A DNA stretch of 64,000 bases from Mucilaginibacter sp. UBA5151 (lineage in GTDB: Bacteria; Bacteroidota; Bacteroidia; Sphingobacteriales; Sphingobacteriaceae): positions 7,380 through 71,379 of the forward strand of contig DHXR01000052.1 in the NCBI GenBank assembly GCA_002413785.1, written 5' to 3'. The notes beneath the pieces are model-generated. The model was not told where the DNA came from, did no database searches, and saw nothing but the letters and a program-made list of their open reading frames with translations. This document shows, piece by piece, positions 58,159 through 64,000 of this stretch (positions within the stretch are counted from its first letter, which is position 1; each line of letters starts with the position of its first letter). The position numbers and the translations under genes were made by a program.

Positions 58159-59229
58159 TTATCCCCAGGCATTCCTCAAAAACCGGAGCCAGTTTCCGTG
58201 CATCATATTTTCAATATCGGTATCACTGTACCCGCGTTTTTTCAACAACCCAGGTACTTTTTGGAGGTCTGCAATGGTTTCGAGATCATAAGGGCATTGT
58301 TCCCGGCCAAAAGCGCCGTCAAGGTCGGTACCCATGCCAACGTGTAATGCATTCCCGGCAAGCTGACAGATATGATCAATATGATCAATCATCACGTTCA
58401 GGTTGCAGCCCATTTCCTTTGGGTTGGATACTCCCCTGACCCATCCGGGCACCATCATCCAGGCATCGAGGGCAGCGCCTATTACGGCGCCCCTGTTGAT
58501 CAGTTCTTTTATCTGCTCATCGCTGTACTGGCGGTTATGGTTCACCAAAGCGCGGCAATTGTTATGACTGGCCCATATATGCCCGTTAAAATGACCGAGT
58601 GCTTCCCAAAAACTATCATCACAAAGATGCGTGGCATCCAGAATTATATTCAAATGCTCCATTTCCTTTAACAATTGGTGCCCTTTTGGACCCATGTAGC
58701 CGGTTGCATCAGTTCCCTGTGCATAGCGGCCGGGGCCATAATGCGCCGGGCCTACTGCCCTTAATCCATAGTTATAAGCCCTTTCCAGGTGATTGACCGT
58801 AACGATCGAATCTGCACCTTCCAAACTTAAAATATAACCGATTGGTTTATTTTGATTTGATGCGCCGTCATTCCAGAGGCTGATGTGCTTTTCGAGGCTT
58901 TGCAAATCATTTACCTGCACCATTTCGCCGTCATCTTCCATAGCCTTATACCAGGCAACCTGTCCCTGTGTTTGCGCCCAGGCCTGTTCCGGCGAGTGCC
59001 AGCCGGGCAAATTATTTCCGGGGGCTATATAGCGGGCAATCTGCGTGGCAACTACCAAACCTATGTTGCCTTTCCGCAATTCGGGTAAGGAAACAACGGC
59101 TTTTGCGCGGTCGGGTTTATCTGTTAAACCTTTTTCGCGTTCATTTATAGCTGAAACAGGTTGCCGCAGGTCGCGGTTCCATTCCAGGGCGTTCATACTT
59201 AAATCGAGATGGGCGTCTATGGTAAACAT
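58159..59229 (-). CDS. Membrane dipeptidase (M19) family
   Basis: DAHLD, SLEGAD, DATH, ASHNN, GTDLDG, GNWLRF. Confidence 0.9.
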   Translation of the reverse strand: MFTIDAHLDLSMNALEWNRDLRQPVSAINEREKGLTDKPDRAKAVVSLPELRKGNIGLVVATQIARYIAPGNNLPGWHSPEQAWAQTQGQVAWYKAMEDDGEMVQVNDLQSLEKHISLWNDGASNQNKPIGYILSLEGADSIVTVNHLERAYNYGLRAVGPAHYGPGRYAQGTDATGYMGPKGHQLLKEMEHLNIILDATHLCDDSFWEALGHFNGHIWASHNNCRALVNHNRQYSDEQIKELINRGAVIGAALDAWMMVPGWVRGVSNPKEMGCNLNVMIDHIDHICQLAGNALHVGMGTDLDGAFGREQCPYDLETIADLQKVPGLLKKRGYSDTDIENMMHGNWLRFLRNAWG

Positions 59230-59291
59230 GAAGATCGGTTGATTGAGTTAGATTTAGTTGAATGGGTTGATTAAGTTTAAAAAACGTTGTT

Positions 59292-59376
59292 GCCTCACCC
59301 TGCCCTCTCCAAAGGGGAGGGTTCTAAAAAAGAGCGAAGTTAAAGTCCTCTCCTTTGGAGAGGATTTAGGTGAGGC
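59292..59376. repeat. REP doublet
   Basis: Same family as 33247-33354. Confidence 0.85.
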
Positions 59377-59434
59377 GGGAAGTATGTTTATTAGAAAAAT
59401 CATTTTGTAAAAATCATTTCGTTCGGATTTTACC

Positions 59435-60550
59435 TTAAATAGTTATTTTCCTGTCGCGGGCGATATTTTTCCATTCGCTGCTTGTTTTGCTGTTTTCTAT
59501 AGTGATGGCGCGCTCGTATAAAGCGATCGTCGGGCAAATATGATAAGGTAATCCGTATAACACGTCACCCACTTTGTACTGATGGCCTTTACCTGCGTCC
59601 GCAACCAAATGTTCTTCGCTGTGGCCGGTCATTACCAACTCCGGGGCGTTAAGAAAAAACACCCTGCTACCCAATTCCTTTTCGGAGGCCACTGATTTAT
59701 GTCCCAGATCCAAACATAGTTTTGTTTCATCGGGCATAGAGATCACTCTGCTCACTACCAGCGCTGCAGGTAAAAAGGGCTGTTCCGGTATTTCGTTCTG
59801 GTAGCCTTTATCCCAATAAACAAATGTACCCGGACTGCATTCAATTACCTTTCTTTTTGCATGGATGGAAAATGTAGGCGAACCTCCCGCTATAATTAGA
59901 GGCTCGGAGTAACCCAGGTTTTTTATATCGGCTTGTAATTTAATTACAGGTTCAAAGCAGGCGTCGCATTTTTCGGTACGGGCAACGAGACCGGCATCAT
60001 GAAGATGGCCGTCATAAGCATGCAAACCAACAGGTTTTATACCGGGCAGCAATTCGCAATCAACATAAAGCTGCAAGGCTTCTTTACCCGGCTTTATCCC
60101 GGTCCGGTTCATCCCAAGGTTGAGGTCGATATAAACCGGGATGTGGATCCTGTTACTTAGGGCAGTTGCAGACATTTCTACAGCAGCAGTGGTATTATCA
60201 ACCAGGCAGGAAAATTTAGTGTCGGGATAGGCCAAAATCAATTGTACAAACCTGTTCAGCTTAGGTCCGACAGGCTGATAGGCCAATAATACATCAGGGG
60301 ATTTGCACATAGCCAGCATTTCGGCTTCGGCGATGGTGGCGCATTTAAACTTTGTTATCCCGGCCCCAAGCATAAGCTGCGTAACCTCTTTACTTTTATA
60401 GGTTTTAGCATGGGGCCGCAAACGTGCCACATCATCGATCATGCTTTCGAGCGTGGCGATATTTTTTTTTACCCTTTTGGGATAAACCACCAACGCTGGG
60501 GTATCTAAATTTTCTATATCATCAATGATATACCATTCCTTTTCTGCCAT
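59435..60550 (-). CDS. D-threonine-aldolase-like fold-III PLP enzyme
   Basis: LRPHAKT, CATIAEAE, HAYDGH, GGSP, DLGHK, SEEH, HICPT. Confidence 0.88.
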   Translation of the reverse strand: MAEKEWYIIDDIENLDTPALVVYPKRVKKNIATLESMIDDVARLRPHAKTYKSKEVTQLMLGAGITKFKCATIAEAEMLAMCKSPDVLLAYQPVGPKLNRFVQLILAYPDTKFSCLVDNTTAAVEMSATALSNRIHIPVYIDLNLGMNRTGIKPGKEALQLYVDCELLPGIKPVGLHAYDGHLHDAGLVARTEKCDACFEPVIKLQADIKNLGYSEPLIIAGGSPTFSIHAKRKVIECSPGTFVYWDKGYQNEIPEQPFLPAALVVSRVISMPDETKLCLDLGHKSVASEKELGSRVFFLNAPELVMTGHSEEHLVADAGKGHQYKVGDVLYGLPYHICPTIALYERAITIENSKTSSEWKNIARDRKITI

Positions 60551-60589
60551 CTTTTTATTTATTTCGAAACAACAAACTTTCAGACTTCC

Positions 60590-61054
60590 TCAAAACAACT
60601 CAAACAAAGCTTCAATCTCAACCGGGATATTATCGGGCAGGGAACCCATACCTACGGCGCTGCGCACCCCTATCCCATTGTCTTCGCCCCATACTTTTGC
60701 AAACAGCTCACTGCATCCGTTGATGATGAAAGGATGTTTTTCAAAATCGGAAGTACAATTTACCATACCCAATACTTTTATAACCCGCTTTACTTTATCA
60801 AAGCTGCCCAAATTGGCCTTAATGGTTGCCAATATGGCTAAACCAACCTGGCGGGCGGCCAGTTTGCCTTCTTCGGGGTTCATAGTGTCGCCTATCCGGC
60901 CAATAATTAGGGTGCCGTCGTCTTTCACGGTGCCATGCCCCGAGATATAAAGGTATTTCCCATCAATTAAACATGGTTTGTAAACCCCGATGGGTTTTGG
61001 GGCCGGTGGCAGGTTAAGCCCTAACGCGGCAAAATTTCGATCAGCTGTATTCAT
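60590..61054 (-). CDS. RidA/YjgF family protein
   Basis: YLYISGHG, INGCSEL, RSAVG, PVEIE. Confidence 0.9.
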   Translation of the reverse strand: MNTADRNFAALGLNLPPAPKPIGVYKPCLIDGKYLYISGHGTVKDDGTLIIGRIGDTMNPEEGKLAARQVGLAILATIKANLGSFDKVKRVIKVLGMVNCTSDFEKHPFIINGCSELFAKVWGEDNGIGVRSAVGMGSLPDNIPVEIEALFELF

Positions 61055-61089
61055 TTTTTAAGACAATAATGTACCACAAAACTAAAATA

Positions 61090-61118
61090 AAAAGCCGGGT
61101 ATCTCAGGCCCGGCTTTT
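61090..61118. terminator. Bidirectional-type terminator
   Basis: AAAAGCCGGG-n11-CCCGGCTTTT. Confidence 0.7.
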
Positions 61119-61137
61119 ACTTAAATCAAATTATCTA

Positions 61138-62691
61138 TTAATTACCTGCGCCGTCGGCCTGCGCCCTTTGTATAGCATACTGGCCAACCATATTACCGGT
61201 TACCAAACCAACTTCACAATCACTGCGATAATGTAAGGCTCCATACAACCTTGACATTGCAGCCTGGTTAGCCATGTCTGTAAACTTTGTGCCCCTGTCG
61301 GGTAATAAGTAAGTCAATATAGTTGCGGCGGCTCCGCTGAAGTTGGAGTGACCAGAAGAATATGACGGAAAATTCGGAATACCTGTTAATGTTTTGATCT
61401 CAGGATTAGCTTGTGTCGGGCGCTGATTATAGTAAAAATATTTAGTATCCCAGCAAACAATAGCTGCATCCATTTCAGCCATATTCAACAGGGCAAGGTT
61501 TCTGGCCCAGCGTACTTCGCTGTAATTTTGTTTTACAAACTCGTCTGCCGCAATAGCGTTCCAATGCCCCGCAGGGGTATAAGTCCCTGCGCCATCGGCC
61601 CAAAAGTTGACAATGGCCTGGTGTTCGCGTGTAGGGTTTTTACTGTATGATAAAACTTCGGCTACTTCCTGATTAAATGCTGCGGAACCTGCTAAATTCG
61701 GCGGCCCCGGGCGAATTGCAGCAACGGTCAACGTATCAAACAAAAACGGGATCACTTTACCAAACAATGGCAACATTGGAGGCCTGGAGGGTGATTCGAG
61801 GCTTATCCAGGCAACATCCCCCCTGGATGTGGCGTGAGCCGGTAATAAAGCCCATTGTGCAGGTGTGCCAATTGCTTTACCTGCCCGGTCCGTGCGTGCG
61901 CGGGCTGCAAACACGTCAGCAACCTGGCTGCCTAATGATTGACCCGCAGTTAATTCGCCGCGCACATTTACACCAGCCATTATGCGGTATTGCATTTCTT
62001 CTGCTGCTCTTTGCTGAATGTAACCAATATCAGCAGGGAACAATAATTTCATGATCTCAACTGTGGCGCCCGCTACTACCGCGTCTTCGCCCGGGTACGA
62101 TGGCAGTGCTGATTTAGGTATCAATGCCTGCACCGTTGCGTCATTATTATAAGGTGCGGCACGGTTATACAGTTTTTTGAAGTGATAAGCTGCAACAAGT
62201 GCATCGTATTGGGCCGCGCTTACATAAGCATAAGCACGTGCGGCATACGGCGGATTTGAAAAAGGGAACTCAGGATATGCGAAAGGGTTGGCTGAGCTTG
62301 GTGCTGGATATGTCCCGTCAGCATTCTGGTATGGCGGCAGATTATGCTTCGCAACAAGGTCGCGCAAAATTTCATTCCACCGTAATACTGCGCCGGCGCT
62401 CCAGTAATTAATTATCGCTTTTTGAGCGCTGGTCAAACTGCTTTGATAACCTTTGATCTCATTTAAATCTGCGGTATAAGCGGGAGAACCTATCGCGTCC
62501 GGCGCTGCAACCGTAAATACTGTCGGATCAGTAATTAATACCGGTTTCCAGGTATCAGCATTCAAATCAATATTTGTTGGCGCAAGGGCGGGATATAATG
62601 TAGTGCGGTCGATGACAGTTTTATTACATGACCCCAGGAAAACTGATGCTGTTACAACAATCAGCGCTGTTATTTTTATAAGTCTTTTCAT
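61138..62691 (-). CDS. Vanadium-haloperoxidase/PAP2 superfamily lipoprotein
   Basis: Lipobox LGSC; KYFYYNQRP, PSYSSGH, SRLYGALHY; ATG 62691 preferred. Confidence 0.88.
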   Translation of the reverse strand: MKRLIKITALIVVTASVFLGSCNKTVIDRTTLYPALAPTNIDLNADTWKPVLITDPTVFTVAAPDAIGSPAYTADLNEIKGYQSSLTSAQKAIINYWSAGAVLRWNEILRDLVAKHNLPPYQNADGTYPAPSSANPFAYPEFPFSNPPYAARAYAYVSAAQYDALVAAYHFKKLYNRAAPYNNDATVQALIPKSALPSYPGEDAVVAGATVEIMKLLFPADIGYIQQRAAEEMQYRIMAGVNVRGELTAGQSLGSQVADVFAARARTDRAGKAIGTPAQWALLPAHATSRGDVAWISLESPSRPPMLPLFGKVIPFLFDTLTVAAIRPGPPNLAGSAAFNQEVAEVLSYSKNPTREHQAIVNFWADGAGTYTPAGHWNAIAADEFVKQNYSEVRWARNLALLNMAEMDAAIVCWDTKYFYYNQRPTQANPEIKTLTGIPNFPSYSSGHSNFSGAAATILTYLLPDRGTKFTDMANQAAMSRLYGALHYRSDCEVGLVTGNMVGQYAIQRAQADGAGN

Positions 62692-62698
62692 GTCTGAA

Positions 62699-63637
62699 TT
62701 ATTTTGTAGCTTTTTTTGCAAAATCAAATACATACAGCACACCACCAAACAAAGTGGTGCTCTGGCCAACATTCCGCCCTGCCAAAACATAATTGCCGCC
62801 GGCAGTCAGCTCAAGCCCGGATGTTGAAAAACTGTACTTAAATAATGCACCGGCGGTAGTCATATTCATGGTATTACCCGGGAAAGGCATATCGTTTTTC
62901 CGGATATCAAAACCACCCAATGTTGTCGTTTGCGAGAATATCGCTTCTGCATTAAATGTCAGGCTGCGGTAGCCGGTACTGATAAGGTAGTTGTTAACAT
63001 TGGGCATATATACCTTGTTGCTGTAAATTAACTGCGTTGTGTAATAGGCATTTTGATCAATGGTAATATCGCTTCGCTGTATATACTGGCCTGCGCCCGC
63101 TACAAAAAAACGCCCCACCTGGTAATTAACAAGCCCCCTTAGCGATGCTGTTTCAGTGTGAAGACCGATAGATATGGGCAAAAAATCAGGTTCGTAGTTA
63201 CTCAAGGGTATTGACCCGGATGCAATTGCATGACCGCTCAATATTCCTTTGCCAATTTCAGTTTGAAAAGCCAGCCATTTTAAGGTAAGTGTAAGGTCTT
63301 GCAAGCCGCTTTGGCCCTTAAGAGTACCGGCTGAGGCGTTTGTTGTAATATATGGCGCCGAAAATAGAACATCGAGTTTATTGGTGATACCATAATTCCC
63401 CATAACCATGTACGAATCGGTAGTTAACCTGCCGATATTGCCATTATCACGTTTAAAAGTACCTTCCCAGTAATTTGTCCAGCTGTTGGAAGAGTAAACG
63501 GCACCGGCACAGAAAAAATCCTTTGGTATCATCAGCGCATCAGCATCGGTTTGCGCGCTGGCAACTTGTGCAAAAATCATTAAACAGCATATAGCCGCAC
63601 AATACCTGTAAAAATACAGGCGTAAAGATTTATTCAT
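62699..63637 (-). CDS. Outer-membrane beta-barrel protein
   Basis: Signal peptide and alternating amphipathic strands; directly upstream of the haloperoxidase-like gene. Confidence 0.75.
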   Translation of the reverse strand: MNKSLRLYFYRYCAAICCLMIFAQVASAQTDADALMIPKDFFCAGAVYSSNSWTNYWEGTFKRDNGNIGRLTTDSYMVMGNYGITNKLDVLFSAPYITTNASAGTLKGQSGLQDLTLTLKWLAFQTEIGKGILSGHAIASGSIPLSNYEPDFLPISIGLHTETASLRGLVNYQVGRFFVAGAGQYIQRSDITIDQNAYYTTQLIYSNKVYMPNVNNYLISTGYRSLTFNAEAIFSQTTTLGGFDIRKNDMPFPGNTMNMTTAGALFKYSFSTSGLELTAGGNYVLAGRNVGQSTTLFGGVLYVFDFAKKATK

Positions 63638-64000
63638 AATCTTTGGTTAAAAAATTAAATAAAAAGGATTGATAAAAACTACTGGAAGTACCATTAAATA
63701 CCCGTCAGTATTTCAATAATGATACTATCAACAGCATAGGAAGACAATGCTTTAAAACCTCAGCAATAAGTTTGTTTAAAAACCTGCATAATGCACATTT
63801 GATTGCAAATTCAAATGCAAAACATGCAGTACAAGTTTTTATAAAAAAATAAATCGAAACGCAGCCATGCAAAATAGTATGACCGGCAAATTAAGTTTAA
63901 AAAGCAGTGTTAGCTGATGAAATTTGGCGGTTTACCCGGAGATTCGATGAATGGGTCATCTGAAATAACAGCTACAGGCGCCTGGTTTAGCTTCTGAAAT

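Noticed and set aside
63640-64000. Feature in the terminal intergenic region
   Set aside because: AT-rich upstream DNA without a supportable ORF or RNA structure.

Overview
Chromosomal window from a Bacteroidota bacterium, most like Sphingobacteriaceae (Mucilaginibacter/Pedobacter type). This is inferred from TAnnTTTG promoters, gene families and intergenic repeat types. (1) 1-4.6 kb: right end of an AT-rich integrative element. It carries an SF2 helicase running off the window, two orphan ORFs, a tyrosine integrase and five perfect 11-bp repeats. It abuts an orphan 3' tail of an ABC-F ATPase gene just before tRNA-Lys(CTT). (2) 5-21.9 kb: accessory DNA followed by two degenerate copies of the tRNA-Lys 3' end plus terminator. 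It holds an intact molybdenum-cofactor gene set, decayed fdhF/fdhD genes, a zeta-toxin-like pair, galM, phnA and cold-shock genes. (3) 22-37 kb: uxuA, a broken PIN toxin-antitoxin pair, two GIN-domain genes, tig-clpP-clpX-amn-cbs, a CGNR gene preceded by a 4x42-bp hairpin array, and an intact PIN pair. (4) 37-39.4 kb: ArsR-rhodanese/SQR/DsrE sulfur operon. (5) 42-47.4 kb: pheA-DAHP synthase/chorismate mutase-aroA-aroC, preceded by an unannotated Tyr/Phe-rich leader peptide with attenuator structure. aroA carries two in-frame insertions of palindromic repeats. (6) 47.5-64 kb: MFS, HAD, phosphoesterase, GH63-like glucosidase, USP, a RidA/D-threonine-aldolase-like/dipeptidase trio and a haloperoxidase/PAP2-like lipoprotein with a beta-barrel partner. 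Best candidates for something new are the aromatic attenuator, repeat-derived peptides in core enzymes, the ABC-F-targeting element and the CGNR hairpin array. No CRISPR array or rRNA was seen. Family names come from motif recognition only; no searches were run.
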